From: Felis catus
Lineage: Eukaryota
Assembly (NCBI RefSeq): GCF_018350175.1
Contig: NC_058368.1
Location: forward strand, 222,086,001-222,150,000
Reading direction: 5' to 3'
Length of the DNA: 64,000 nucleotides
Shown here: positions 11,321-25,671 of the stretch, piece after piece
Layout: every line of letters begins with the position of its first letter
Numbering within the stretch: the first letter of the stretch is position 1
Program-made: the position numbers and the translations under genes
The notes under the pieces: generated by a model
Databases searched by the model: none
What the model was told of the DNA's origin: nothing
The model's input: the letters and a program-made list of their open reading frames with translations, nothing else

Positions 11321-12889
11321 AGGAGAGATGGTTCCATGCATATCATTAGCACTGTCTTCATTGTCATTAGTACCACCACAGAGCTGTTACTTCTTTTTTA
11401 TATATGATCATGTGTGTATGTGCATGTGCATTCCAGGTACAATCGAGAATTTCTGCATCATTTCAAATATGCCACTCTCTTATTACCAGATCAGTAAAAG
11501 GTAGTTTATGAATTCTAAAACTATACACATAGACATCTTCCACTTGTTCAATATTCATTAAAGCTCAAAAAATATTTGGATTTCCATTCAAAACTCTTCC
11601 CTATCTCTTTGTCTATCTTCTTTAATTTTCACTGTTGCTTAATTTTAAATAGCTACCTTTTGTCACACAAATTCCAACATTAGGCTGCCCAACCTTGGTC
11701 TCAGAGTAGTCATACATAATACTGTATTAAGGCCTTGTCCTCCCTAAAGTCTTGACCATAAAAAAAATGTAAGAAAGAAAAATACTGCAAATGTCAAATA
11801 AAGGCCCATTCTATAGTGTAATTGGTAAAGCCCTGAACTGACCGTCATAATCCATTATAAGGTAATCAAGCAACTGAAGAGATTGGAGAGTATTATAAAA
11901 ACTTTATTGCAATTAATCATCATGGTCATTGGTCTATAGGAAGGTACTGTGTAATCGTACCCCTCTTTTTGCTTTCTCTTGAATGCCATATTTAAATATA
12001 AACGGATGGAATTCATGAGATATAAAGTGACATAAAAACAATGTTCCTCCGGCTTTCCAGTGGATCTTATTTCATCTAGGAGGTACATTTCCTCCATATG
12101 TATGTGATAATTATAGTCTCATAATTTGGATTTATTGAAGCTTGTTTCTAAGAAGCTTTGGGGTTGATAGCAGGGTCTCCTTTTCCTCTTATATTTTCAT
12201 TTGACCAGCTTTATTGTCTGTGACTTTCCCACATTAATAACATAATTACTGTGACCAGTGCTTTGATTGTTCAATATGAATGTGGAAAGAGATGAGTCAT
12301 ATTATTAGATAAAACACTGCAGACAACATATTATTAAATAAAGATTTATCAATCAGCCAGGAAAAAAGTAGTAATACTCCTGGAGGGTTATTTCCAATAG
12401 TTGATATAATTATCATTGCAATGGCCCTATAAATGAGCAAAAAGCTAAAATAAAAGAAGAAAAAAACAGAATAGCTTAATAGTAACTTCTTGCTTTGATT
12501 TCACTTGAAATTTGTTTATTTAATACTATATACAAGTATCATTTTTGTTAAATGGCATTGATAGGACATTCATGATTAAGTTGAAAATTTAGAAGAAATA
12601 TTTGAAGACCACACTTACAACATCATTAACTAAACTTAACTCAAATGCCCAAGTGTAGACTTAACCAGTAATATACCTATGAAGGAAGCTGGAAAACAAT
12701 CTGAATGACACATATTTAGATTTGAACAGAGGCAGAGAAATATCATGTTCTTGGAAAAGACTCAAAATAACAAATGTGTCATTTCTCCTTAAATAAACTA
12801 TATCTTTCATGGTATTACGAAACAGTATTTTTGGTGTTTACTTTCCTGGTGTTAGATAAGTTGACTGAAATTGACTCAGAGGGGTAAAG

Positions 12890-13277
12890 AAGCAGAAATA
12901 TGAAGTCAAGGTATCTGTAGGACAATGCTCTCCCTAAAGGCTCCAAGGGAGGATCCTTCCCATCTTTGTTTTTTTTTTCTTCCCTCTTAGCTTCTGATGT
13001 TGGCAGTAATCTGTGATGCTCCTTGTAAATGCATCCCTCTAATCTCTACTCTCTTCACACAAGCGTCCCTTCGTATGTCTGAGCTTTCACATTGGCCTCC
13101 TCCTCTGCATGTCTATATTTCTTCTTTTCTTATAAAGACACCAGCCATATTGTATTAGGTTTCGTCTTAACCAGGTTACATCTATGAAGATCCTATTTCC
13201 AAATAAAGGCACAGTCCTGGAAACTGAGGGTTGCAATTTCAGTGTATTTTGGGGTGACACAATTCAAACCACAGCAC
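12890..13277 (-). mobile_element. MaLR LTR (MLT1B/C-like)
   Basis: cttataaagacaccagccatattgtattagg..atctatgaagatcctatttccaaataaaggcacagtcctgg..ggggtgacacaattcaaaccaca, typical reverse-strand MLT1. Confidence 0.7.
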
Positions 13278-13587
13278 CATCCTAATGTTTCACTCACTAA
13301 TGAATTAATATGTATTGACATATAAACATTTTTACATTTACATGGTGACTTTCTAAATTATACTGTGTTGTATAGTTTGGTCCACCAAGAGGACCAAATG
13401 GAATCACCTACCTTAATCAATTCAAGTATGTTGCCTAAGCAGTGAACGCCATTGACGCTCAAATACAAGAATACCTTTCATTTTACCTGTAGAAGAAAAG
13501 TAATAGAATCCACCTTTGTTACTTTCCTGTCTCTCTCTTTTTATCCTGACTTCTCTTTTTGCTGTTCTTGCTATGTCTGGTTATTGG

Positions 13588-14116
13588 TGTAGGAGCAGAA
13601 AATGTTTCCTTTATTCTCTTCTAGGTTCTTTGGTCTAATAATTAAATTGACATAAAACATATTAACACGATAAAAACAAATTTAATTTTGTACTTATAGG
13701 AGCCCCACCAAAAATATGAGCCTCAAGGGAATAACCAAGCAGGCAGATTTTTTACCTTTGAGACAGAAAAACAAAAAAAAATTGTGAAGAACTGATAAAA
13801 CAGAAAAACAAAAAAAAATTGTGAAGAACTGATAAAACAAAGAAGTTGGGGTGGTAAATTACTGAGGTATTAACAAGCTTTGTTGCCATAGCCTCTTTGG
13901 CCTTAAATTTCCTATTTTTTGTAGTAAGGATGTTTTCTACCTTCCTGGTACAGGGAAGGTGCCTTTCATATGGGAGGTTTATTTCCTACTTTTACCAAGA
14001 CAAAGAATGGTCAGAGTGTCGTTCTTGCACTGGCTGTTTCGTAAGAAACTTTAATTCAAAATAATCATGATGCTAAAATGGCATATTATGGGGTAACATA
14101 TTCTGCCCTCCTTTAT
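13588..14116 (-). mobile_element. ERV1-class solo LTR with an internal ~38-bp tandem duplication (13762-13837)
   Basis: Bounded by tgtaggagcagaaaatg and aaatggcatattatggggtaacatattctgccctcc; acagaaaaacaaaaaaaaattgtgaagaactgataaa occurs twice. Confidence 0.55.
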
Positions 14117-14189
14117 AGTCAGTTTGGGTTCTAATTCTGATTAGTGCATGACCACTGAACTACTCTCCACTGTTATAGCAATGGTTAAT

Positions 14190-14500
14190 TCCTTCAGGAC
14201 AATGTTGAATAGAAATAGGGAAGGGGAACAGCTTTGCCTTATTCTTAATCTCAGGTTAAAAAAAAATCTCAGGTGAGTTTTTAACATATCATAATTTAGT
14301 ATGATGCTAATGGAAATGTTTACAGATGACTTTTGACAGGTTGAGGAAGCTATTTACTATTCCTAGCTTGCTGAGAATTCTTAAAAATTAATGCTGAATT
14401 TTGACATTTTTTTTTTTGCTTCTATGTCCATGATTATATGTTTGTCCTTTCAAATTGTTATTTTGGTGAATGAGACTGATTTTTTTTTTCAAATGGTGAT
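14190..14500 (-). mobile_element. Old L1 ORF2 fragment
   Basis: acaatgttgaatagaaataggg..ctttgccttattcttaatctcagg..aggttgaggaagc..tattcctagcttgctgagaatt, antisense L1 RT region. Confidence 0.65.
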
Positions 14501-14532
14501 TTTACTTTCCATTTAAGATAATATTTTATTAT

Positions 14533-14755
14533 GGGACGCCTGGGTGGCTCAGTCAGTTAGGTGGCTGACTTCAGCTCAGATCATGATCTCATGGTTCATG
14601 GGTTCGAGCCCCACGTCAGGCTCTGTGCTGACAGCTCAGAGCCTGGAGCCTGCTTCGGAATCTGTGACTCCCCCTATCTCTCTGTCCCCTTCCCAGCTCA
14701 TGCTCTGTCTCTGTCTCTCAAAAATTAAATAAACGTTCAAAAAAATTAAAAACAA
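14533..14755 (+). mobile_element. SINEC
   Basis: gggacgcctgggtggctcagtc head to A tail; degenerate TSD aagata..attttatta. Confidence 0.95.
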
Positions 14756-16279
14756 AAGATAAAATTTTATTACTTCTAATGCTTTTCACAGAGGTAGAAG
14801 CTGGAACTGATTAGTGAGTATTTTAAGAGATTTTGCACATTAAGTTTTTAAAAAGAAAAATACATTAATATAATTTTAAAACTATGTTAAAATTCCAATT
14901 TTGAGTTGATAGAGCAGCAAATGAAGTCTACAGTATGGAATACAAACTTTAGAAACTTTTCAACATAGAAAAAAATGAAAAGAACTAGAAAGAGAACAGG
15001 AGAAATAGATATACATTATGAGAGGGATGGAATAAAACACGAGTATGCACATCAAAAACAAAAATCTAAGATATTTAAATACTATTCATATGCAAGCAGA
15101 GACAATATAAAAGAAAATTTCATGAGCTGGTTTTTTTTAACATAGCTGAATTTGTATATCAGAATGTGAACTAGATTTCTGACTAATAAAAATAGACCCT
15201 TTTCTAAAAATATCTTATAACATTTAAAATACAATGATAACAAAAATATATCTACAATAATGACGCAGGATTAATATTTTGATTTCTGTAGTATAATATG
15301 TTTGGATAGCCATAAACTTTTTTTTTTAATCTAACATCTAGAGGTTGGAAGAACTCTCTGTTGGGATTTGAAAGATATTTTCATACAAAATTTTATGCTC
15401 TGTATTTGTAAAAACGGAAGTTTTTAAAGGTATTATATCTCCATTTGAAAAAAAATAAATGGTAAAAAAGGAACATGTGAATAACATTAACCAAAATAAG
15501 GTACTAAAAAATAAGATTAAAAAAATGATTGAAAGTACTATTTATGACTACATAAATTTAAGTAAAACTATGGTTACTGTATTGAATAGAATTAAAAATA
15601 TTTTTGCAAAGATATATGATTAAAGTATTATAGTATTATGGGACTTATCACAGATTAAAAAATAAATAAGAGAATAATTTATTTCTTAATACTTAACCTT
15701 AGTGCATTTAGTGATTTTACTTGTTTACATTATAAATGTGAATTATTTATTTCAAATATTGAAAGAAATGAAATATATGAAGCTCCATTTAAAAATAAAA
15801 ACAGCAGCTAGTATAATTCAAAGTATTAAAAGTGTTGTTTGTAAGCTCATAAAAGCTTTATGTAAAAGGTAAAAGCTCTATGTCATTTCTCACAATAAAT
15901 ACAAACCATATAATTTTCCTAAAAGAGATGTAAATCAAAATTTAACGAGGGAGAAGTCATTCTTAAACTATATGATTCACATTGCTTAAAAAAATATATG
16001 TTTGAAGATATATTGAGACATATTGTGAAAAAAGAAAGTGAAAAGAAAGTGGACCTGATATCAATGTGCAAAGAAGAATTCATAGCAACATTGCATTAAA
16101 CACGCATCAATGTATTGATAAAATCCTGAGAGGGCGCTGTGATGCACTGTTATTGACTCTTATAGACATATTAATGCTAGAATATCAAATATGTAAATTA
16201 GGCAATTTATAGTAAAAAAAAAAAAGGAACTGGCAGACATGAAATGAAATGTAAGCCTTTCCACATTAAAAGGCTTTCT

Positions 16280-16492
16280 GGGGCACCTGGGTGGTTCAGT
16301 CGGTTAAGCGTCCGACTTTGGCTCAGGTCATGATCTCATGGTTCATAAGTTCAAGCCCCGCATTGGGCTCTGTGCTGACGGCTCAGACCCTGGAGCCTGC
16401 TTCCAATTCTGTGTCTCCCTCTCTCTCTCTGCCCTCCCCTGTTTGCATTCTGTCTCTCTCTCAAAAATAAATAAACATTAAAAAAAAAAAAA
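16280..16492 (+). mobile_element. SINEC
   Basis: Full head, body and poly-A; TSD-like aaaag(g)ctttct. Confidence 0.95.
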
Positions 16493-18684
16493 AGCTTTCT
16501 AAGTTGCCCATGATTTTCCAGTGACCTGTTTGGTCATGGAGTATAGGAAAGGGTGTCCAGATTTTGTAGATAAGCACAGTATTGAACCAGATCTCAGTGT
16601 TGAGTTGGATAGAAATAAAGCACAGACCACATATTTAATTCTACAGTTGGTAAAACCTGAGTCCCCTTGAAAATACGACCAGCATAAAAGGAGAGAAAAG
16701 AAATGTGATTAAAACTGGGGTATATGATTGGATCAATTGTTTCAGACTGATTAAAGATTACTCCTAGAAGATAGTTTTAAAGTTTGCCTTTATGGTTTCC
16801 TTCATCTTTCAGTCTGATTTAAAACATCACTTTACACGACTCTGCAGAGTATAAAAATATCAAATCATTGTGTGGCACACCTGAAACTAAAATAATGTTA
16901 TATGCCAATTAGACCTCAAGAGATAAATGACTATTTTTAAATATTAGAATAAAATCAATGCATATGTCCATTTCTTATTTTAATTTACTTATACAAAAAT
17001 ATTAAAAAGTAAAATGAAAGCAACTCGAGTTGGCAAAAATAAGCTCTCTTCTTTTGGGTGGAAATGGATAGTGAAAACAGTAAGATAAACCTAAGTGCAG
17101 TTTATTTCCACAAATTGGAGCTTCTTTTCAAGCTTCAGAGAAGTCACTGAAGAATTTTAATTAAGGAGTCAACAGTGACAAATTTGTGCCATCAATTGGA
17201 CACTCAAGACAATATAGAAACATACTTCTCAAGTTATAATGAGTATATAAGTAACCTGGGATTTTATTAAAATGAAGATTTAATAGAGTTTAGAATGAAG
17301 CCCAATAGTCTGAATGTCTAATGGATTAAATTAACAAAGGTGAGGAGGAAAATTTTGGTTACTTTACTGCATATGTATTCACAAGCATAGGCAAATACAT
17401 ATTGTTTAAACTATCACTCTGGTAAGAAAAAACATGTATTTTAGAAGACTTTTTTTTTTAGATTCAGATTGATTTATTACTATAATAATAATAGAATCTT
17501 TTGACTATACGTAACTCTATATTCCAAACAGCTAGAAACTTTTGAGTAGTAATTGTTCACCATCTAATAACATTTTTCCTGGATATCTAATGCACTTTTG
17601 GACAAAATAGCTGCCTTCCAGTGATTTCCAATTTATCCAATTTTCCAGCATCTTGTCTACCCACACAATGACAGATTACTGTTTCATTCTGTCTACTCTG
17701 AACAGCTAAGCCAATTGTTTTCAATCTTTTTTTTTTTCCTTCAGCAGTCTTTCTCTTAAAACATTTAGAGTGGTTCCTGGAGGGATTTCTTTTTAAATCT
17801 CTCTTTAAATGTTTATAGATAGACTTCTCTCATCATCCAGAGTAACCGACAGAGAGATAATGATAATTTCCTTTGCATTAGGGCAAGTTCTATTGTTTCC
17901 TTCATCTTGCCAGTCTGATTTAAAACACCTTTATAGATCTGATAACTTAGTTTAGAGGTTCAGAAAATTTAGGGACACAGAGTTTCCATATCTATTTGGT
18001 AAATTATTATTACGTATTACTAACCTATCTAAACTCTGTGGTCTCCTTAAAATAACAAAATGGAAATAGTGAATACTATGTACAACAAGAGTTTTCTTAA
18101 GAAGAGATCTGCTTCAGCAGTTGGTCGGTAATTCAATGCAAAATCGTCGATAGTTCCAAATGCTGTTTAGGAATGAGTCTGAGCAGGGAAATTATAAAGT
18201 GGGAATTCTCCCTACAGAACATCAAAAATCACCTACTGATTTGGGGATGGACCAGTCTCCATTATGCCTCCAAAGGCTATCTACTTTTCCTGCTTCTAAG
18301 TGGCAGTGTGCCGGGTGATTCCATTCTCCTATGCAAATTTCCAGAAAGCCCTTATAAAGATTTACATTAAAATTACATGATGTCAAGTGCTAGCCATTAC
18401 TTTTTTGTTCAATGATAGCCTCTCGGAAAAATATTTGATGAGATCTCTAATTTATTTAATTATTGAACAATGCAGTCAATATTGTTTATCATATATCAAT
18501 ACTTTTATGTGGCTTTGTAATGTTCTGTGAAGTAGATAGTGCAACAACCCATTTGAATAACCATTATATTCTTGCCAAGTGACTTATCTAAGGTCGCTGA
18601 AGAAACCACAATATTAACTTCTTGACTCTTGGCCCACTGTCATATCTAATAAAGTATTTTTTAATTAAAAATATCCATGGGACA

Positions 18685-18848
18685 GGGGTACCTGGCTGGC
18701 TCAGTCAGTTAAGTGTCCAACTCTTGATTTCTGGGATTCTCTGTCTCCCTCTCTGTCTGCCACCCCCACCCTGACTCATGCTGTCTCTATCTCTCTCAAA
18801 ATAAATAAATAAAAGTAAACAAAATTAAAATATAAATACAAATAAAAA
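18685..18848 (+). mobile_element. SINEC with internal deletion
   Basis: Head joins directly to tgggattctctgtctccc; TSD-like ttaaaaatatcc.tggga on both sides. Confidence 0.85.
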
Positions 18849-18997
18849 TTAAAAATATCCCTGGGAAAGATATTTTAAACAGATATTACCTCATATTTAA
18901 GAAATATTAACTCATGTGAGAGTTATTAAGACTCACCTGATGATACAAGTTGATTCTTCTTTTGGACACTATAGAATGACCCTTAGAATGCTCTTGA

Positions 18998-19078
18998 ATA
19001 TATCTATATCTAATCTATATCTATATCTATATCTATATCTATATCTATATCATCATCTATCTGTATCATCTATCTATC
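18998..19078. repeat. (TATATC)n/(TCTA)n microsatellite
   Basis: Seen directly. Confidence 0.9.
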
Positions 19079-20683
19079 CAATAATACTTATGATCAGCTT
19101 ATGGTAACACTTTAGATAGATGCTCTATTTATTACTAATTACATTTATCTTAGCTTCTTATTCATACTGGAATATCTCCTTGTAGCTGTTTGCTCATAAG
19201 TTGACATGATGGAAGTGTTTAATCTTGGTATCATATGCTCTAAAATACAAAAATACCTGTATTTTTATTTCAGAGAGTTTAATATTTGAGCAAACGTTAT
19301 ATATCCATGGACCTACTATACCTAATACAGGCATGGTTTAGGTAAATTCATAATGTATAAAAATAATGGAAAGTCATATGAACATTCCATATTTTTACTT
19401 ATGAAAAAATATCATATTATCTATTTTGTGAACATTCAGGCATATACCTTACTAAAAGCTTATGAGAATTAATAACTAATGTCCTCTATGCTCAGAGTTT
19501 GTACTAATATAAAAGCAAGATAAAGTGATAGAGAAAAAAGGATAGAAGGAAAGAATGTTATCTCTAATAGCTAGAGTATATAAATTGTCCTACTTGTCTA
19601 TAGTTTCAAAACATTCAGCATATCTTAACAATCAACATATATTAAATACCGATGACATTTATATGTACCATTGGAATACAAATAAATTCAAGGTAATATT
19701 TTCTTCATGATACTTTCACAAATTTTATCACAGGTTTTATGGTGTATTAATTTAAGATATTGAAATTATTATCCACTATAATGCTGGTTGCAACATAGCT
19801 AAAGGATTTTAAACACTTTGTAAAAAACCCATTGGAGAAAATGCAAATGGAAATTGTGTCTTACGAGCAAATTTCTAATGGAAAAGCTCATCTGATGAAA
19901 TGTAAATTTGAACCATTACAAAATTATGGCCTCTGAAAATCGTTTTCCCCAAAGACACTCTTTTCTTAGAGGTTTCATTGTCATTTGTAATTTCTGACAG
20001 CCTCTTTTTAGCAAACAAGTGGAAGTATGTGAATTAACTACTATAACTAACCTACAAGTGTAAATGATTTCCCTCGTAACTCTGTAACTGAGAATATATA
20101 TCCTTATAAACTATTGTGTATGATATCACCTTTAACTTTTGAAAACTAATGTAAACTCAGAAGAAAAAAAAAGGAAGTGAAATTTTGTTTCCATTATGAC
20201 ATTTCTGTGTTATTTTTAAAATATCTTTTATAATATTACTTCATAATATTTATACAGTTTATAATACATTATAAATATGTGTTGATTGAGTGTTGGAGAT
20301 AAAAGCTAAAACTTCTGACAAATGTATTTTACTTGGAAATTCAGTCAATACATTATCAGACATGTATTATATACATGGCAAGATTATAATGTCAACCAAT
20401 GTGACTTTGTTTAGAGCACACAGGATTTTGAACACCAGTGAATAGTTGGGAAAATATGAGGTAAAATTATACAATATTAGTGTGGATACCAGAAGGTCAT
20501 GGTTCTTCTTGACATACAATTGGTAGAAAATACTTTTTTTTTCTTTTAAATAGTGTAGTTATAAGATGTCAGGGGATGAAAAAAAAGGAAAAATTATTTG
20601 TCACTTTTGAGTAATTTGAGAATGTTGGCCTTTTCAAAATTGTAGTTGTTTCAAAATGTGTTTTAATTCTTAGCAATCATCTT

Positions 20684-20914
20684 TTTTGCTTGTTTGTTTT
20701 TGTTTTTTTTCAACGTTTATTTATTTTTGGGACAGAGAGAGACAGAGCATGAACGGGGGAGGGGCAGAGAGAGAGGGAGACACAGAATCGGAAACAGGCT
20801 CCAGGCTCTGAGCCATCAGCCCAGAGCCCGGACGGGGGGCTCGAACTCACGGACCGCGAGATCGTGACCTGGTTGAAGTTGGAAGCTTAACCGACTGCGC
20901 CACCCAGGCGCCCC
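20684..20914 (-). mobile_element. Young felid SINEC_Fc-type SINE
   Basis: CpG-rich; diagnostic ccatcagcccagagccc..gaccgcgagatcgtgacctgg; TSD ttagcaatcatctt. Confidence 0.97.
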
Positions 20915-21401
20915 ATTAGCAATCATCTTTATACTAGCAGAGTTATTGCCTGGGGCTCCTTGAATTAAAATAAACAAGTCAGAGATAAATACTTTCCAGA
21001 TTTAAAATGTTTTAAATTATCATGTATATCATATATAGTATTATTTCTGTCTCTATTCTCTTTTTCTTTCAACTTTTGTGTTTTTTCTTGTCTTTCTGTT
21101 CTTATCCTTTCTCATTCTTTCTCTTTTATTTTCTTGCCTTTTTCTGTTCTGTTCTTTTTCTTTTGTCTTCCCTTGCTTTTCATTTCTTTCCTCTTTGTTG
21201 TTTCTCCCAATATATTCTGAATCCCAAAGATTATATTTGAGATGAACATCTTCTGGTCTAAGGAATAGGTGAACAGCACACATACTGAATTTCTAGAGAC
21301 CCTCTTTACTTACAAATATTTCTAAGAACCAGTGATCCATTAACCCAATGTCATTATTATGATATTTTACATTCCAGTTCTCACTTTTGTGTGGATTTGT
21401 A

Positions 21402-21608
21402 TTTTATTTTATATTTTAAAGTTTATTTATTTATTTTGAGAAAGAGAGAGTGGGGGTGGGGCAGAGAGAGGGTGAGAGAGAATCCCAAGCAGCTTCTGCA
21501 CCCGCAGCATGGTTCTGATGTGGGGCTCCAGCCCATGAACCATGAGATCATGACCTGAGCTGAAATCAAGAGTCAGGACCTTAACTGACTGAGCCACCCA
21601 GGCGCCCC
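21402..21608 (-). mobile_element. SINEC
   Basis: T-tail, (GA) body, ends gagccacccaggcgcccc. Confidence 0.95.
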
Positions 21609-21669
21609 TGGCTTTTGTATTTTAAAACATGCATTAGTAATAGTCCACTTTGGATGATGTAATTACTCA

Positions 21670-22722
21670 CTTGCATAAGCCAGAAATTTAGAATCCAATC
21701 TTGATTCGTCACTTTCCTGTAGATCTCTGCCAAATCCATTTCAAGTCTACTGATTTAATCTCCTAAATAATATGCAACGTGCCTACTTGTCTCTGTCTGA
21801 AACCATCAACTTAATTCATAAGAGGGAAAAAATGACAACCCTTGGGATCTTGACTTCAGTAATTGAGGATGATGACATCACTACTGAAATGAGAAAACAT
21901 GAGGAAGGTTGGTAGCTGATGTCTAAGGAAAACTAATCTCCAAAAATATTCTCCAGCTTCTACCTCCCTTGCTCTTTATTCATTCTTCTTCCAGCAGATC
22001 CTACTATGGTGGAAATTTAGCCATTTTACTCCTCTTTTTCAAATCATTCAATGGATCCCAATGTCCCTTGAAATACAAACTCTACATCTCAAACTACAAA
22101 GCCATGAATAATTTGAGTTATCTGTATTTTTTACTTTACAGAACAAAACTCTTTTTTTTTTATTTTTAAAAGTTTATTTTTAAGAGACAGAGACAGACCA
22201 TGAGCGGGAGAGGGGCTGAGAGAGAGGGAGACACAGAATCGGAAGCAGGCTCCAGGCTGGAGCTGTCAGCACAGAGCCCAACTTGGGGCTCGATTTCATG
22301 GACCTTGAGATCATGACCTCAGCTGAAGTCAGATGCCCAACTGACTAAACCACCCAGACGCTCCTGGGGCAAACTCTTAATTCCCCAAATATTCCAAGTT
22401 TTGTCTGATTTGAGGAATTGTTCCTCCAACTTCATTTTCTCTTCACCAACTCCTCACAGCTCAGACTACTGCTTAAATGGCGCTGCCTTAGTGAAGCCCT
22501 CTCTACTCTTCTAAGTGGTCTCCTCTACTGCTTTTCTGAGGCCATGTTTTGTATTCTGTGAACCATTTTTGATAACTGGGAATAATTTTACTTATGTGTG
22601 TGTTTATTTTCTCTAAGTCCAGTACAATGATGCAATTTCTCTTTCTGCAAATGTATGTCTGATGCCAGCACAGTGCCTGGTTGGCGAAAGTATTCGCTGA
22701 ATATTTGCTAATGAATGAATAC
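21670..22722 (+). mobile_element. L2 LINE 3' fragments (interrupted by a SINE)
   Basis: Ends cagcacagtgcctggttggcg..aatatttgctaatgaatgaat, the L2 3' terminus. Confidence 0.55.
22152..22364 (-). mobile_element. SINEC
   Basis: Full reverse SINE; TSD-like caaaactctt/caaactctt. Confidence 0.93.
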
Positions 22723-22985
22723 AAATATTTAATTAATTTGTGGTTGCATTTTGACAGAGGCTATCTTAATTACAACGTGTTCCTGGGTGTACTTCTCTAA
22801 ACTTTTGCTTAAATTACAGCTTGAGGTATTCCTGCTGTTATTATTTTTCTTGTAGGGAATGACCTTCATAAATTGCATACCCTATAATTGTATGAAGACG
22901 AAGATTTCCAGTTTTGTCTTTGAGTATTAGGTATACACGTTATTTTATGTATCGAGAGAAATATTTTCACTTACCATGTGGATTG

Positions 22986-23195
22986 TTTTAATGTTTATTT
23001 AGTTTGAGAGAGAGAGAGAGCTAGCACGAGGCAGGGAGGGACAGAGAAAGAGAGGGAGAGAAAGAAAATCCTAAACAGTCTCTATGCTGTCAGTACAGAG
23101 TGGGACACGGGGCTCGATCCCACAAACCCCATGAGATCATGACCTGAGCTGAAAATAAGAGTCAGATGCTTAACCTACTCAGCCACCTAGGCATC
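22986..23195 (-). mobile_element. SINEC
   Basis: Full reverse SINE; TSD ccatgtggatt. Confidence 0.93.
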
Positions 23196-23729
23196 ACCCA
23201 TGTGGATTTTTATAGTCATATAGGAACTTTTCTTTATGAGTTTAAAAACAAGGGATAATAGTCAATTTGTTCTTTGGGGGAAACAAGATTTTTACCCCTT
23301 TTGTAATTTAAAATTTTCTACAAATAATATTTTCTCCAGCCATATAGTCTGTAATTCATTTTTTGAATTTTCTTTCTTATTCTCTTGCACAGACTCATCT
23401 GTATACAAATATGCATTTTCCTCATGTTTCAGGGAAGGGCTATTATGTAGACATTACCATATTGATTTTTTTTTCTTTACACCTGAACTATCAGTATGAT
23501 TCTTAGTTTATTGCCAATATCTTTTTCTAAGTATTACCTTGGTCTTACTAGTTTTTTCTACTTATGTAGAATAAAAATTCAATGCCCAATCAGTTGTATT
23601 GTTAAAAGGGCTTAGGAGACAGACATTTAGATATCCAAATTTTAACTTCATTGGAAATAGATTTTTATCAAGGATAGTTAGTGACTCCATTCCATATGAT
23701 GCTAAAAATTAATTAAGAAAAAGTAGGTT

Positions 23730-23835
23730 CAAGTGCCTAGATGGCTCAGTCGGTTAAGCGCCTGATTTCGGCTCAGGTCGTGATCTCAAGGTTGGTTAAT
23801 TTGAGTCCCGCCTCGGGCCCTGTGTTGACAGCTCA
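23730..23835 (+). mobile_element. SINEC 5' half only
   Basis: gtgcctagatggctcagtcggttaagcg..gttgacagctca, then unrelated sequence. Confidence 0.85.
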
Positions 23836-25671
23836 ACTAACAAGATAACTAACTTCTATTTATCCTTCTTATAGTAGTTCAAATAAAACTCTTAAAAAAG
23901 GCTAACCTGACTCTTCTTACTGAATTCAGTGACCAGGATATTTTCCCTGCCTTTGCCCCTTTATAATACATGTAATAATTACTCTGTAATGTAATCTAAT
24001 AATTCTATACTCATAGCACAGGCTTCATTACTTTATGTTAAACAATTTTGCAAAAATATTTCGTAAGTGATGTATTATTTACCATATCAGAAAGCACATG
24101 CCAGGTTGTCCCATTATTACTGATGCTAAGTTACATCTGTTGCTCAGATATACTAAACTTAAAATTTTCTTTTGCAATTTCTAAGTCATCGGTAGGATAA
24201 TGCTTGGGCTTTATGCCGTCATCTGTGCTTATTCACTGCATTTTTGAAGTCACCGTATCTACTTCATAATTAAGCCATCTGAATTAAAATTAAATGAAAA
24301 TAACTGGTTTCATAGGGCAGCATTCATTGTTAGGGCTCTTTCACTCACCCAACAGCTATAGCCAAACTCTACTGTTAGGCTAAATGAAGGCTTTTTGAGA
24401 AAATAGGGGAGATATCAAAGGCTCCAAAAAGGATCTCTAAAAAGGAAGGCAGCTGGAAGGTGTTGTCTTGGAGACTCTAATCGGGTCAGGGCTTCACCAT
24501 GACTAAGGCTCTCTCATGTCTGTTGCCATATGGGAGCAACATCATTCTGTCCTACTGTTGGACAATTTAATTTTCTTCTTAAGAGGAAGAAAATCCACCA
24601 GTAATCAAATCAGAGGGGAAGGATGCCTTCTTTTCCTTTCTTAGCCTCACTATTAAACCTATAAAGAATGAATCTGGTTGATTTGTCTTGGGCCTGTCAT
24701 GGCTACAGAGATTTGCTCAGCCTTGGTCGTGTAGGAGTGAATGGCAGTGGCACTGGGTCAGGCTGAGAATCATGAGCCTGTGGCCATTGTTAGAAACCGG
24801 GCAAGGAATTATTATGAACTGGAAAGTTACCTCAATTTGGGTCTACCAGAAGCCGTTTTATATGGCTATAAAATTCAAAAAGGGAAGAAAGTTTAATCAT
24901 GAAAACAATATATTTTTTTTAACCAGAGCTTGAGCTCAATTATGTCTTTTATATCTTTTAATATACTGAGAAATGCTTTTTCCTCAAGTAATAAGTGATT
25001 AACTATTAAAAAGACTTCAGGGACTGGTTCAACTCATATAAATGGACATATGGATTCACTAAATGAAACTTAGTTTATTGTGGGAAATAGCTATCATTAG
25101 AAATAAAGCTTATTGGGTAATATATCTTACAATGTTAGATATGATTTTAAAAATTATACCAATTTATATCTTTATCTCATTAATCCAACGAGTAACCTAC
25201 TCTTATGGTCACTGAATTAATCATGTACAACCTAACATTAATATATCTAGTCAGTGACCATTGGCCAATGAAAGAAAAACAAAAACAAACAAAAAATTCT
25301 AGCATATATTCTCTGAAGTTCCTTATGAAAATAAATTATCTCCAGAAAATGATATAGAAAAGAAGAGGTGACAAAATAAAACATATATGTATTTTTTCTA
25401 ATGTGACAAAATCAAAGTAATTCTTAACTATTTTATCATTTATTTCAATACTATTAGTAATTACAAATGTATTTGAAAATTCTTAACAAAGATGCACTAT
25501 TATAAATTACTGAAATAACATGTGTCAATTTAGTTAGTAGAATATGTTTGCTTCACCAAGTATTTGTAAATATTTGTTTTCTTAAAAAGATTGGCAGAAC
25601 AAAAAAATAACAATTAAATTTTTTGAATCAAACATTTTAATTATAGAAGTGAATAAAACTAGTTTCTAAAC

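Noticed and set aside
10987..11407. YIYT/HIHI-repeat ORFs
   Set aside because: They are translations of the (TATACA)n microsatellite.
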